DNA of 64,000 nucleotides from an uncultured Clostridia bacterium (GCA_934182465.1 CAKPRG010000003.1:109542-173541), one strand, 5' to 3'; positions 8,701 to 21,246 are shown, counted from the stretch's first letter. Notes: generated by a model from the sequence alone, not told the origin. Numbers and translations: made by a program.

Positions 8701-11187
8701 TTAATTTTTTAATTCTGGATAATCTTTTAAGATTTTATCTGCTATACTATCTGTATACTTAAATGGAATTACATATCCATTTAAACTATTTGCTTTTTCT
8801 TTTAAGTTATTATTTTCTGAACTAACAAATATTTTTGATTTTCCTTTACCATTTTTTGCTTCTTGTATTAAATTGTAAGCTGGTGAATTTCCATCAAATG
8901 CAATAACTGCTGAACTTCTTCTTTCAAAAATTTCGTAATTAAAACTTTTGTAAATTCCAAGCTCTTCTGTTTCTGTTGAAATACATACTCCATCTAAATC
9001 CTTTGATTTTAATTTTTCTTCCTCTTCTGCTGATAACATTTTTGGTACTATTGCATTAATTTCAAATTTTTTATTCATTTCTTTTGATAAATCTACTATA
9101 GCTTTTTCATATCCTTCCATTTTTGGACCTATTACAAAATAAGCTTTTTGGTTATCTAATTTATCTATTAATTCTTTTAAAGTTGCTTTTGCACTTTCAT
9201 TTATAACCGTTTCTCTTCCTTTTGTATTAAAACTTCCACCTGCTATTATTACTGGGAATTTATTTTCTGGTAAAGATATTATTTTGTCTTTTAGTACTTC
9301 TGTTGCATCTAAATTATTTTTAAAATAAAATTTTATTTTTTTATCTTTACTTTTGCTTATATTTTCTTCTTCTAATTCTAATATTGCTTCTTCTAATGTT
9401 TTATTTTTTGTAAGTTTTTCAAATGCTTTACTTTTTTCTTTAAATGCTTTTTCGTTATTAGCTAAAATTTTATCTTCTACTGCACGCATTTTCATAAAGT
9501 CTTCTGTTGTTAGTTCTAGTAAATTTTGTGATGCAAGTTGTTCTTCTAATGTATCTGTACCATATATTCCAAATCCATCTGTTCCTTGCACACAAGCAAC
9601 TCCACTATCCAAATATTGTTTAATAGGATGATTTTGTAAATCTGATAAATTGTTTAATCTTACATTTGAAGAAAGTTGGAATTGTAATACTACTCCCATA
9701 TTTTTCATATCTTCCATTAACTTTTTACCTTTTTCAAAGTTAAGATTTTCTACATATAATCCATGACCTATTCTAACATTTGGACATTTAGCTCCTTCTG
9801 GTAAAGCTGATTTTATACATTCAATTGCAGAATAAACATTGTCTTTGTGTGAATCATTTTCTCCTGCATGAATTTGAATTGTAAAGCTGTTATCTTCATA
9901 CACAGCATATTTTACAAGTTCTGCTATTAATTCTCTAAAATCTGCAATGTCGTTGATTTCTTCACCTATTATATCGCTACCAACTACATAAGGACTTTTA
10001 GCCATTGCTTTTAATACATTTAATGCTTCTATTATTTCTTCTGGAGAAAGCCAAACTCTACGAATTGCTGCAAGAAATCTTATTGCAACTCCTGTTTCTG
10101 CTTCAGCTAATGGTAATATTTCATGAAGTGTTTTTAAAAATTCTACGCCTTTTTCACCTTTTTTTACTAAATCAGTTGCTGAAATTTCTATATGCTTAAT
10201 TCCTTGACTTTGATATTCTCTGGAAATCCACAATAATTTATCTTTTAATATATTGTTATTTTCATATTGACTTCCTGGTTTTGCATCTTCTAACATTTTA
10301 TATAAATTTTCTTTTATTTGTTCATCTGGTATTTTATCAATTTGGCCTTTTGTATATTTTACTTTTATTTCTGCTTCTCTTCCTTTTGTAAATACATATC
10401 TATAAACTATATAAAGTTTATCTAAATTTGTAAATACCGCTTGACCATCTTTTATTAATACTAAGCTATTTTTTATTTTTCTAATATTTTCTTCTGCATT
10501 TTCTAAATTGTTTAATATTAAATCTGCAAAATTTATATATGTTTCATCTTTTATTTTTCTTTCAAAAGCTTTTCCTGTAAGATTACTATTTTCGTAACGT
10601 CTTTCTATTGATTTTCTATACATTTCCAATTTTTTAGATTGTTCATCAGAAATTTTTAAATTTAGCTTTTGAATAAAATACAAAGGATATCTAATTTGAT
10701 GTTTTATTGCTAATGCAATTAAAATATCTGGTGTAAGCATTGCATTTAAATGTGTATGTAAATCAGTTCTAAATTTTACTTTTTTTAGTATGTAAGTTTT
10801 TACAATTGTTTTATCTACACTTAATTTATAATCTTTTGTTTGTGCCATTAATATTTTTGTAATTGCTGGAATTTTAGCTTTCATCTCTACTAATCCATCA
10901 GTATAAATATTTGCTATTTTTATTCCACCAAGTCTAAATATATATACTTCTTCATTATCTGCATTTAAAGATGCTGGTATTATCCCTGTAATTATCCTTT
11001 TATCATTTTCATCTTTTCTTGTTTCCGTTTTGCATACTTTTGCTAGATTTGTAATTAAGTTTCCGGAGTTATGGTTTGGTGTTTCTATACAATATGTTAA
11101 TTCATCTTCACTTTTTTTGTATAGACTAACCTTTATATCTTGTTCTTTATCTAAATAAAATACTTTCCAAACAGACATTTTTTCCAT
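8701..11187 (-). CDS. three-domain protein: unknown N-domain + adenosine/AMP-deaminase-family amidohydrolase core + C-terminal LOG/SLOG-like Rossmann domain
   Basis: ADA signatures DLHTHLNA (HxH), IQIHAGEN (HAGE), VRIGHGLY (RIGHG), GVACVQGTDGFG (TD). C-terminal VIIAGGS...YFVIGP...AVIAFDGNSPAYNLIQEA resembles LOG/SLOG GGxG and PGGxGTxxE motifs. GGAGGA RBS. Confidence 0.72.
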   Translation of the reverse strand: MEKMSVWKVFYLDKEQDIKVSLYKKSEDELTYCIETPNHNSGNLITNLAKVCKTETRKDENDKRIITGIIPASLNADNEEVYIFRLGGIKIANIYTDGLVEMKAKIPAITKILMAQTKDYKLSVDKTIVKTYILKKVKFRTDLHTHLNAMLTPDILIALAIKHQIRYPLYFIQKLNLKISDEQSKKLEMYRKSIERRYENSNLTGKAFERKIKDETYINFADLILNNLENAEENIRKIKNSLVLIKDGQAVFTNLDKLYIVYRYVFTKGREAEIKVKYTKGQIDKIPDEQIKENLYKMLEDAKPGSQYENNNILKDKLLWISREYQSQGIKHIEISATDLVKKGEKGVEFLKTLHEILPLAEAETGVAIRFLAAIRRVWLSPEEIIEALNVLKAMAKSPYVVGSDIIGEEINDIADFRELIAELVKYAVYEDNSFTIQIHAGENDSHKDNVYSAIECIKSALPEGAKCPNVRIGHGLYVENLNFEKGKKLMEDMKNMGVVLQFQLSSNVRLNNLSDLQNHPIKQYLDSGVACVQGTDGFGIYGTDTLEEQLASQNLLELTTEDFMKMRAVEDKILANNEKAFKEKSKAFEKLTKNKTLEEAILELEEENISKSKDKKIKFYFKNNLDATEVLKDKIISLPENKFPVIIAGGSFNTKGRETVINESAKATLKELIDKLDNQKAYFVIGPKMEGYEKAIVDLSKEMNKKFEINAIVPKMLSAEEEEKLKSKDLDGVCISTETEELGIYKSFNYEIFERRSSAVIAFDGNSPAYNLIQEAKNGKGKSKIFVSSENNNLKEKANSLNGYVIPFKYTDSIADKILKDYPELKN

Positions 11188-11466
11188 TTATATTTCCTCC
11201 ACAAAACTTATTTTTTTAATATTATATGGTATATTTTTAAATATACTTTTTAATTCCACTAGTTAATTCTAGATTATAGCACATTTTTTACATAATATCA
11301 ATATTTTTTGTAGAATTATGTAAAGTTTCTATATATTTTATACATTTGTTTTTATGGATTTTTTACATAATTTTTTCAAAAACTTAGCACAATAAACAAA
11401 AATGTGAGCATTTTCATAAAATTTTGTTTTTTAAGATTATCATTATGCACAATTTTGCTTCGTATT

Positions 11467-12399
11467 TTACGCTAATTTTTCTAAATATCTTTTTTTCATT
11501 TTATCTGAAGAATGAACATATCTATTTAATGTAATACTAACATCAGAATGACCTAATATTTCACTTAATGATTTTACATCCATTCCTACATTTATACAGT
11601 CTGTTGCAAAAGTATGTCTTAAACAATGGAAATTTCTATAATTTACTCTGCATTCATCTAAACATTTTTTAAAAGTATATTGATACCCTCTTGGTTCTAA
11701 AAAGTGTTTGCTATTTCCTGTTAAGAAAAAATCTTCTTTTTTATAGTTTTCTTTAATTTCTTTTAGTTTACTATACACTAAGTTTGACATTGGTATACTT
11801 CTTAAACTTTTTTCTGATTTTGGCACATCTATTAAAATTTTGGTAGATTTGCAATCTACATATACTCTTTGCAATGTATGCTTTATATAAATAGTTTTTT
11901 TATTTAGGTCAATATCTTCCCATTTTAAAGCACAAATTTCTCCTATTCTCATACCTGTGTACAAACATAATATAATTCCTAAATCTCTAGTATCATTTGA
12001 ATTTAAGCATTTTGCTTTTATTTTTCTTTTATCATTTGTTGAAAATACTTTTAAATTTTGCATTCTAACTCTCGGTAAATTAATTAATTCTAATTTCATC
12101 TTTATATCATATTTTCTTTCTGCGTATCTTAAAATAGATTTTAAAACTAACAAAATATCTTTTAAGAATTTATTGGAAATATGTGCCTCTTCTAAAAGAT
12201 CATCACTAAATTTATTAAAATCATATTTAGCAATTTCTTCTAATGTTAAGTCTTTAAAAACTGGTAATAAATATTTTTGTATTTTATAAGTATAGTTGAA
12301 ATATGTAGATTCTTTAATTTGTTGTTTTTTGTAAATTAAAAAATCTTCGGTAATATTTTCAAAAGTAACTTTCTTTTGTAATTTAATTATTTTGTTCAT
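11467..12399 (-). CDS. int: site-specific tyrosine integrase (phage integrase family)
   Basis: C-terminal catalytic box R...HxLRHTFAT...LGH...Y; N-terminal SAM-like domain. Confidence 0.85.
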   Translation of the reverse strand: MNKIIKLQKKVTFENITEDFLIYKKQQIKESTYFNYTYKIQKYLLPVFKDLTLEEIAKYDFNKFSDDLLEEAHISNKFLKDILLVLKSILRYAERKYDIKMKLELINLPRVRMQNLKVFSTNDKRKIKAKCLNSNDTRDLGIILCLYTGMRIGEICALKWEDIDLNKKTIYIKHTLQRVYVDCKSTKILIDVPKSEKSLRSIPMSNLVYSKLKEIKENYKKEDFFLTGNSKHFLEPRGYQYTFKKCLDECRVNYRNFHCLRHTFATDCINVGMDVKSLSEILGHSDVSITLNRYVHSSDKMKKRYLEKLA

Positions 12400-12662
12400 A
12401 AATTAACCACCTCTGGCCGTATTCTACTACATTTTCCTTAATTTTTTTAAAAAGTAGAATTATTGACCTTTTTGTCGAATTTTTACACTTTTTGTACTTT
12501 TTCTCCTTTTTTCTTCTTTTTGTCGTATTTTGTCGAAAGCGATGTTTTTGCTTTAATTTTTTTCTTTATCATCTTGTAACAGATTTTTATTTTTTTCATA
12601 CTATGTATTATACAAAAGATAAAGAAAAACAATTAAAATTTCTTTACAAGGAGGGAACAAAT

Positions 12663-12785
12663 ATGCCAGAAAACAGAGGTTGTGGTTGTGGATTCTTAGA
12701 CAATGATTGTTTATGGATTATAATCCTTTTAATTATCATATTCTGCTGTTGTGGAAACAACAATGGTAGAGGTTGTGGTTGCTAG
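12663..12785 (+). CDS. YjcZ-family-like small Cys/Gly-rich sporulation peptide (40 aa)
   Basis: MPENRGCGCGFLDNDCLWIIILLIIIFCCCGNNNGRGCGC; GGAGGG RBS 7 nt upstream; three TGTCG(A/T)A heptamers upstream. Confidence 0.5.
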   Translation: MPENRGCGCGFLDNDCLWIIILLIIIFCCCGNNNGRGCGC

Positions 12786-12887
12786 TTTTTATAAAAACGA
12801 TTACACAAAAAAAGTGGGCTGATATTTTTAATCAGTCCACTTTTACTTTTTTATAGGGATTTTGTATGTTATTATTTATTTAAAATT

Positions 12888-14537
<1,650 letters not shown>

Positions 14538-14540
14538 TTA

Positions 14541-14828
<288 letters not shown>

Positions 14829-14847
14829 TTACCTCCTTAAAATAATA

Positions 14848-14905
14848 TTAGCAGTCTTTTTCTTTGACTGCTAATAATTTATACCTTTTTACATTAATTG
14901 TCAAT
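14848..14905 (-). promoter_or_regulatory. CIRCE (HrcA operator) TTAGCAGTC-N9-GACTGCTAA plus sigmaA-type promoter (TTGACA ... TATAAA) for groES-groEL
   Basis: Inverted repeat 14848-14856/14866-14874 with 9-nt spacer; -35 TTGACA (rc of 14899-14904), -10 TATAAA (rc of 14878-14883). Confidence 0.8.
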
Positions 14906-14996
14906 ACCAATTTAAAATTTTCACAAAATTTTCACACTAAATTGCATTTACTTTACAGAATTGCATTTAACTTTTTACTTAACAAAATTTTCATTT

Positions 14997-15773
14997 TTAT
15001 TTTTTCTTTTCAATCCTTGCTCCACAGTATTTACAATAAATATCATCTTTCTCAATTGGTCTATCACATCTACTACATACATCTTCTAATTTTTTAGTTA
15101 TAATTTCGCCTTTAGAATTTAGGCTAAATGTCAAATTCTTAGCTTCTATAAATTCTGGGTTTTTACTTACTTTATACAATTGTAAAAATAATTTTTTCAA
15201 TTCTTCTTCATTATTAATTTGACGTTTTTGATCAACTTCTTCAAAATTTGTGATTTCAAAGTAAGTTATTTTTATTCCTCTTTTGGCTAATTTTTCATCA
15301 TAATTATTTTGACTTACTCTAATTTCTAATTCATTTGTTTTATTTTTCACTAATTGTATTGATAATTTGTATTCTTCTCCAAGTTCGTTTATTCCTAATT
15401 GTATAGAATTCACAACTATTTTTCTTATTTGTTCTATAAGTTCTTGTTTTGTATAGTGTTCTCTTATTCCTAATATTGAACTCAAAAATAAAACTGGATT
15501 ACTTATAATAAAATTAAATTTACCATCTCCTGTAAATGCTGTTTTTAATGGTTCTTCTGTATTTTTTTCTTCATCAAAATGTAAATTAGTCCAATCTATA
15601 TATTCAATAGGCTTTTTAAAATAAAATTTATTTTCTTTTATTTCTTGCAAATTTATAAATACTATAGAAAGTGGCAAATCTTTTGTTTTTATATCATTAT
15701 ATTCTCGCCATTTTTTTAGTTCTTCTGAATTATCTTGCATATCAAAATCTATTTCAAATATTCCGAACCTCAT
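14997..15773 (-). CDS. hypothetical protein with C-terminal C4 zinc ribbon
   Basis: CSRCDRP...CKYCGARI at C-terminus; ATG frame closed upstream by TAA. Confidence 0.4.
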   Translation of the reverse strand: MRFGIFEIDFDMQDNSEELKKWREYNDIKTKDLPLSIVFINLQEIKENKFYFKKPIEYIDWTNLHFDEEKNTEEPLKTAFTGDGKFNFIISNPVLFLSSILGIREHYTKQELIEQIRKIVVNSIQLGINELGEEYKLSIQLVKNKTNELEIRVSQNNYDEKLAKRGIKITYFEITNFEEVDQKRQINNEEELKKLFLQLYKVSKNPEFIEAKNLTFSLNSKGEIITKKLEDVCSRCDRPIEKDDIYCKYCGARIEKKK

Positions 15774-15948
15774 TACATACAGCATTTACTTTTCCTTGTT
15801 CTATTAAAATAGCATATTGATTTTCTTTTATTTTAATTTGAAGATGATTTGTAACTTCTACATTTAGTCTATATACTAATACATCATTATCTAATTCATT
15901 ACATTCTATTACAGAATCATTATTCTTTTGTATTTTTACAAATTTCAT
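15754..15948 (-). CDS. hypothetical small protein (64 aa), 3' end overlaps next ORF
   Basis: ORF only; overlaps 14997..15785 in another frame. Confidence 0.3.
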   Translation of the reverse strand: MKFVKIQKNNDSVIECNELDNDVLVYRLNVEVTNHLQIKIKENQYAILIEQGKVNAVCNEVRNI

Positions 15949-16022
15949 TTTTTTCTCCTAAGTATAATTTACTTAATTAAGTATAATTTATATTTTTCAT
16001 ATAGTAAATAATAAATTTATAA

Positions 16023-17627
16023 TTATTTTTCTTTATTTTTTAATGAAGCTTCTATAAAAGCTTTAAATAATGGTGCTGGTCTATCTGGTCTAGATTTGAA
16101 TTCTGGATGAAATTGTCCAGCTATAAAGAATGGATGATTAATATTTTCAACAATTTCTACTAAACTACCATCTGGTGATGTTCCTGAGCAAATTAATCCT
16201 GCATTTTCTAATTTTTCTTTATAATCATTATTATATTCAAATCTATGTCTATGTCTTTCTGAAATATTTTCTTCTCCATATATTTTATATGCTAGTGTAT
16301 CTTTTTTTATTTTACATGGATATGCTCCTAAACGCATTGTTCCACCTTTTTTAGTAACACCTTTTTGTGTTTCCATTATATGAATTACTGGATTTTTAGT
16401 ATTTTCATCAAACTCTGCTGAATTTGCATCTTCAATTTTTAATACGTTTCTTGCAAATTCTACTACTGCCATTTGCATTCCTAAACATATTCCTAAAAAT
16501 GGTACATTATTTTCTCTAGCATATTGAATTGCACATAATTTTCCTTCGATTCCTCTTGAACCAAATCCTCCTGGAACTAAAATTCCATCATAATCTTTTA
16601 ATATTTCTTTTACATTTTCTTTATTTATTGTTTCTGAATCTATAAATCCTATATCAACTTTTGCTGAATTTGCAAATCCACCATGTCTTAAACTTTCTGC
16701 AACTGATAAATAAGAATCTTGTAGTAACATATATTTTCCAACTAATGCTATTTTTACTTCTTTATTTAAGTTTCTAACTTTTTCTAGCATTGCTTCCCAT
16801 GCTTCATTTTTAGGTTCTATTTTATCTAAATGTAAATGTTTGCAAGCAGCTACTGCTAATCCTTGTTCTTCTAACATAATTGGTACTGCATATAAATTAT
16901 CTGCAGTTAGATTTGGTATTACATTTTCTGGTCTAACATTACAAAATAAAGCTAATTTTTGTCTAATTTCATCTGATATTTCAATTTCACTTCTACAAAC
17001 TAAAATATCTGGTTTAATTCCAAAAGATTGTAATTCTTTTACAGAGTGTTGTGTTGGTTTTGATTTTAATTCATTTGAACCAGAAATATATGGTAATAAT
17101 GTAACATGTATATATAAAACATCTTCTGGAGCTTTTTCTAATCCTACTTGACGAATAGCTTCTATAAAAGCTAAACTCTCAATATCTCCAACAGTTCCTC
17201 CAAGTTCTGTAATAACAACATCTACATCTGAATTTTCAAAACTATATATTTTATCTTTAATTTCATTTGTTACATGAGGAATTACTTGAACTGTTTTTCC
17301 TAAGTAATCTCCATTTCTTTCTTTGTTTATTACATTTTGATAAATTTTTCCTGATGTTATACTACTGTTTTTTGTTAAATTTACATCTGTAAACCTTTCA
17401 TAATGTCCTAAATCTAAGTCTGTTTCTGCTCCATCATCTGTTACAAACACTTCTCCATGCTCATACGGGCTCATTGTACCTGGATCAACATTTATATAAG
17501 GATCAAATTTTTGATTTACAACTTTATAACCTCTATTTTTTAATAATCTTCCTAAAGAAGAAGCTGTAATTCCCTTTCCTAATCCTGATACAACACCTCC
17601 TGTTATAAATACATACTTTGTGTTCAT
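16023..17627 (-). CDS. pyrG: CTP synthase
   Basis: 534 aa; N-terminal synthetase and C-terminal GATase (GICLGMQ) domains. Confidence 0.96.
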   Translation of the reverse strand: MNTKYVFITGGVVSGLGKGITASSLGRLLKNRGYKVVNQKFDPYINVDPGTMSPYEHGEVFVTDDGAETDLDLGHYERFTDVNLTKNSSITSGKIYQNVINKERNGDYLGKTVQVIPHVTNEIKDKIYSFENSDVDVVITELGGTVGDIESLAFIEAIRQVGLEKAPEDVLYIHVTLLPYISGSNELKSKPTQHSVKELQSFGIKPDILVCRSEIEISDEIRQKLALFCNVRPENVIPNLTADNLYAVPIMLEEQGLAVAACKHLHLDKIEPKNEAWEAMLEKVRNLNKEVKIALVGKYMLLQDSYLSVAESLRHGGFANSAKVDIGFIDSETINKENVKEILKDYDGILVPGGFGSRGIEGKLCAIQYARENNVPFLGICLGMQMAVVEFARNVLKIEDANSAEFDENTKNPVIHIMETQKGVTKKGGTMRLGAYPCKIKKDTLAYKIYGEENISERHRHRFEYNNDYKEKLENAGLICSGTSPDGSLVEIVENINHPFFIAGQFHPEFKSRPDRPAPLFKAFIEASLKNKEK

Positions 17628-17750
17628 ATATTTCTCCTTTCAAAACAACATTTATTTTTACTTTATAAAAAACTTGTGTGCAATGTTTGGCGTAAGCCTT
17701 GATATAATAAAAATTTCAAAGCGCTTTCATATTATATAAAAAACAAAAAA

Positions 17751-17781
17751 CAGATTAAAAAAAGGGTTTTTTTTTAATCTG
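17751..17781 (-). terminator. terminator hairpin CAGATTAAAAAAA-GGG-TTTTTTTTTAATCTG downstream of 17843..18250 gene
   Basis: 13-bp stem, A/T runs on both sides. Confidence 0.6.
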
Positions 17782-17842
17782 CTTAGTTTTCTCTTCTAAC
17801 GACAATATTAGTTTATCATTTTATTTATAAAAAATCAAGTCT

Positions 17843-18250
17843 CTAATCATCTTTAATTTCATATTTTGACATTTTTGATTCTACATATTTAGAAGCATTT
17901 GTAATATTTCTTTTGTCTTCTTTTAAATCTATTACAATTTTTTTAGCTCTTTCTTCCTTTGGTTTTATAACAATTGTAGTTTTGTATATATCAAATCTGT
18001 CTAAATCTCTCCATCTTGTAAATCCATATATAGGTGTTCTTACACCTTTTGTTGTAATTTCAACTTCACCATCATTTAAAAATTCAAATACTACAATTAC
18101 AACAAGCATAAAACCAGTTTGAATAATTGTTTCATCTGATTGAATTATTAATGCAAAGAAAAACAAAAATAAAGTATATAACTTTAATATTAAATTTACT
18201 ATATCTAAAACTCCTGATTTCTTTACTTTTAATATAATATCTTCTTCCAT
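17843..18250 (-). CDS. hypothetical membrane protein
   Basis: Two TM helices after N-terminal segment; start placed at MEEDIIL. Confidence 0.4.
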   Translation of the reverse strand: MEEDIILKVKKSGVLDIVNLILKLYTLFLFFFALIIQSDETIIQTGFMLVVIVVFEFLNDGEVEITTKGVRTPIYGFTRWRDLDRFDIYKTTIVIKPKEERAKKIVIDLKEDKRNITNASKYVESKMSKYEIKDD

Positions 18251-18426
18251 TTTTCCCCCATAGCACAAAGCATAAAGCTTTATGAAATTTCATTTGTAAT
18301 ATATTTTTATATAGTTTTTCTAAAATTCCTATAAACAATTTGCAAATTTTACACGCAAACAATTATTATACGAGTACTAAATAAAATGTTTAAATTTTGG
18401 AAATTTTAAATTTTTTTAATTTATTC

Positions 18427-19380
18427 TTAATTTCTTTGTTTTACTGCTTCATATATAATTATACCAGCTGAAACAGAAGCATTTAAAGAAGTAATTTGTC
18501 CTTTCATTGGGATTTTTATTAGTATATCTGCATTATCTTTTACTAATTTACTCATTCCAAATCCTTCACTACCTATAATTACAGCTAAAGGTCCTTTTAA
18601 GTCTTGATTATAATATAAAGTTTTTGCATATCCATCTGTTCCAATCACCCATAATCCTTCTGCTTTTAATTTTCTAATTGTTTCGTTTAAATTATTTACC
18701 CTTGCTATTTTCATATAAGTTGTAGCTCCTGCAGAAACTTTTGTAACTGTACTATTTACTGCGGCATTTCTTCTTTTTGGAATTATTATTCCATGAACGC
18801 CTGCTGTTTCTGCTGTTCTTATTATAGAACCTAAATTATGTGGATCTTCGATTCCATCTAATATAATAATAAATGGATCTTCATTTTTATTTTTAGCTTC
18901 TTCTAAAATATCTTCAACTTCACAATAATTAAATGGTGGTACAATTGCTACAACACCTTGATGATTTTCAGCCATTGTATCTAATTTGCTTCTATCTACT
19001 TCTACTAAAACTATTTTTGCATCTTTAGCTTTTGCTATAATTTCGTTTATAGAACCATGTTTTTCTCCTCTTTCTATAAAGATTTTATTTATATCTTTAT
19101 CTGATTTTAATAGCTCTAAAACAGCATTTCTTCCAGCAACCACATCTTCATAATCTTTTTCTTCTACTTGATTTCTAAATTCTTGATTATTTCTATTTGT
19201 TCTAATACTTTGACTTCCTTTATTTCTTTGAAAATCTTTTTTTGAAAAATCTCTTTGATTTTCTCTTTGATTTTCTCTTGTAGCAAAAGATTTTTTGCCT
19301 TTTTTCTCAAATTCCTTTTTTTCTTTTTCTCTAGCTATTCTTGCTTTTCTGTTTTGTTTGTCTCTGTAACTTTCTCTCAT
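18427..19380 (-). CDS. rlmB: 23S rRNA (Gm2251) 2'-O-methyltransferase RlmB-like (SpoU/TrmH family) with basic N-terminal extension
   Basis: SpoU substrate-binding and methylase motifs (GIIIPKRR, LVLGSEG-like, SLNVSVA-like). Confidence 0.8.
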   Translation of the reverse strand: MRESYRDKQNRKARIAREKEKKEFEKKGKKSFATRENQRENQRDFSKKDFQRNKGSQSIRTNRNNQEFRNQVEEKDYEDVVAGRNAVLELLKSDKDINKIFIERGEKHGSINEIIAKAKDAKIVLVEVDRSKLDTMAENHQGVVAIVPPFNYCEVEDILEEAKNKNEDPFIIILDGIEDPHNLGSIIRTAETAGVHGIIIPKRRNAAVNSTVTKVSAGATTYMKIARVNNLNETIRKLKAEGLWVIGTDGYAKTLYYNQDLKGPLAVIIGSEGFGMSKLVKDNADILIKIPMKGQITSLNASVSAGIIIYEAVKQRN

Positions 19381-19431
19381 TTTTATTTCCTTATTCTTTA
19401 TATTATTTAGGTTTTAAGTTTTACCTATAAA

Positions 19432-21246
19432 CTAGTCTTCTTCATTTAATTTTAGAACTGATAAAAATGCTTCTTGTGGCACTTCTACACTTCCTATTTG
19501 TCTCATTTTCTTTTTGCCTCGTTTTTGTTTTTCTAATAATTTTTTCTTTCTAGTAATATCTCCACCATAACACTTTGCTAAAACATCTTTTCTCATTGCT
19601 GAAATAGTTTCTCTTGCTATTATTTTTCCACCAACAACAGCTTGAATTGGTATTTCAAATAATTGTCTTGGAATAACAGTTTTTAATTTTTCTGCCATTT
19701 TTCTTCCTCTTGAATAAGCACTATCTTTATGAACAATAAAAGATAAAGCATCTACTTGTTCATTATTTATGTATAAGTCTAAACGAATTAAATCTGCTTT
19801 TCTGTATTCTTTAAATTCATAATCTACTGAAGCATATCCTTTAGTCTTTGATTTTATAGTATCAAAGAAGTCATATATAATTTCATTTAATGGTAAATCA
19901 TACTCAACTGTAACTCTATTTTCGTCTAAATATTTCATGTCTAGATATGTGCCTCTTCTATTTTGACAAACATCCATAACATTTCCAACAAATTCCTTTG
20001 GTATCATAATTTCAGCTTTCATAATTGGTTCTTCTATCATTTTTATTTCTGTAGAAGGTGGTAAATCTGTTGGATTGTATATTTCTAAAACTTGTCCATC
20101 TGTTTTATGAACTTTATAAATAACAGATGGTGCTGTTGTTATTAGTGCTAAATCAAATTCTCTTTCTAATCTTTCTATAATAATTTCTAAATGTAATAAA
20201 CCTAAAAATCCACATCTGAATCCAAATCCTAATGCAGCAGATGTTTCTGGTTCATATTGAAGTGCTGCATCATTTAATTTTAATTTTTCTAAGGCTTCTT
20301 TTAAATTTTCGTATTCGCTTCCATCTACTGGATACATTCCACAGTACACCATTGAATTTGCTTTTTTATATCCTGGCAAAGCCTCTTTTGCTGGTTTTGA
20401 TTTTAAAGTAATTGTATCTCCAACATGCAAATCTGAAACAGTTTTTACACTTGCTGAAATATAACCTACTTCGCCAGCTTCTAATTTATCTGTTGGTATA
20501 TATTCTCCTGCCCCAAAATATCCAACTTCTGTTACTGTAAATACTTTCCCTGTTGCCATAAATAATATTTCATCATTTGGCTTTACTACACCATTTTTTA
20601 TTCTTACATAGCTTAAAGCACCTTTGTAATTGTCGTAATATGAATCAAATATTAAAGCTTGAAGTGGTGAATCTATTTCTCCACTTGGTGCTGGTATATC
20701 TGTTACAATTCTTTCAAGTACTTCTTCAACATTCAAACCTGTTTTTGCAGAAATACAAGGAGAATCCATTGCTGGAATTCCAATTATATCTTCTATTTCG
20801 TGTTTTACTTCATCTGGTCTTGCATTTGGTAAATCTACTTTATTTATTACTGGTACTATTTCTAAATTGTCTTCTAAGGCTAAATATACATTTGCAAGTG
20901 TTTGTGCTTCTACTCCTTGAGTGCTATCTACTACCAAAATTGCACCTTCACATGCAGCTAAACTTCTTGATACTTCATAATTAAAATCAACATGTCCAGG
21001 TGTATCTATTAAATTAAATTCATAAGTATTTCCATCTTTTGCTTTATAATTCATTTTTACAGCTTGAGATTTGATTGTTATTCCTCTTTCTCTCTCAATA
21101 TCCATATTGTCTAATACTTGTGCTTCCATTTCTCTAGAAGATAATGCACCTGTCATTTCTATAATTCTATCAGCTAATGTTGATTTTCCATGATCAATAT
21201 GTGCTATAATACTAAAATTTCTAATATATTTTTGCTTATCTTGCAT
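19432..21246 (-). CDS. lepA: elongation factor 4 (LepA)
   Basis: 604 aa; [21 protein letters not shown]-domain; LepA C-terminal domain. Confidence 0.96.
   Translation of the reverse strand: MQDKQKYIRNFSIIAHIDHGKSTLADRIIEMTGALSSREMEAQVLDNMDIERERGITIKSQAVKMNYKAKDGNTYEFNLIDTPGHVDFNYEVSRSLAACEGAILVVDSTQGVEAQTLANVYLALEDNLEIVPVINKVDLPNARPDEVKHEIEDIIGIPAMDSPCISAKTGLNVEEVLERIVTDIPAPSGEIDSPLQALIFDSYYDNYKGALSYVRIKNGVVKPNDEILFMATGKVFTVTEVGYFGAGEYIPTDKLEAGEVGYISASVKTVSDLHVGDTITLKSKPAKEALPGYKKANSMVYCGMYPVDGSEYENLKEALEKLKLNDAALQYEPETSAALGFGFRCGFLGLLHLEIIIERLEREFDLALITTAPSVIYKVHKTDGQVLEIYNPTDLPPSTEIKMIEEPIMKAEIMIPKEFVGNVMDVCQNRRGTYLDMKYLDENRVTVEYDLPLNEIIYDFFDTIKSKTKGYASVDYEFKEYRKADLIRLDLYINNEQVDALSFIVHKDSAYSRGRKMAEKLKTVIPRQLFEIPIQAVVGGKIIARETISAMRKDVLAKCYGGDITRKKKLLEKQKRGKKKMRQIGSVEVPQEAFLSVLKLNEED

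Noticed and set aside
12492-12785. 97-aa track ORF upstream of the YjcZ-like peptide
   Set aside because: The N-terminal 57 aa are low-complexity F/L-rich with no RBS. The real start is ATG 12663, preceded by GGAGGG.
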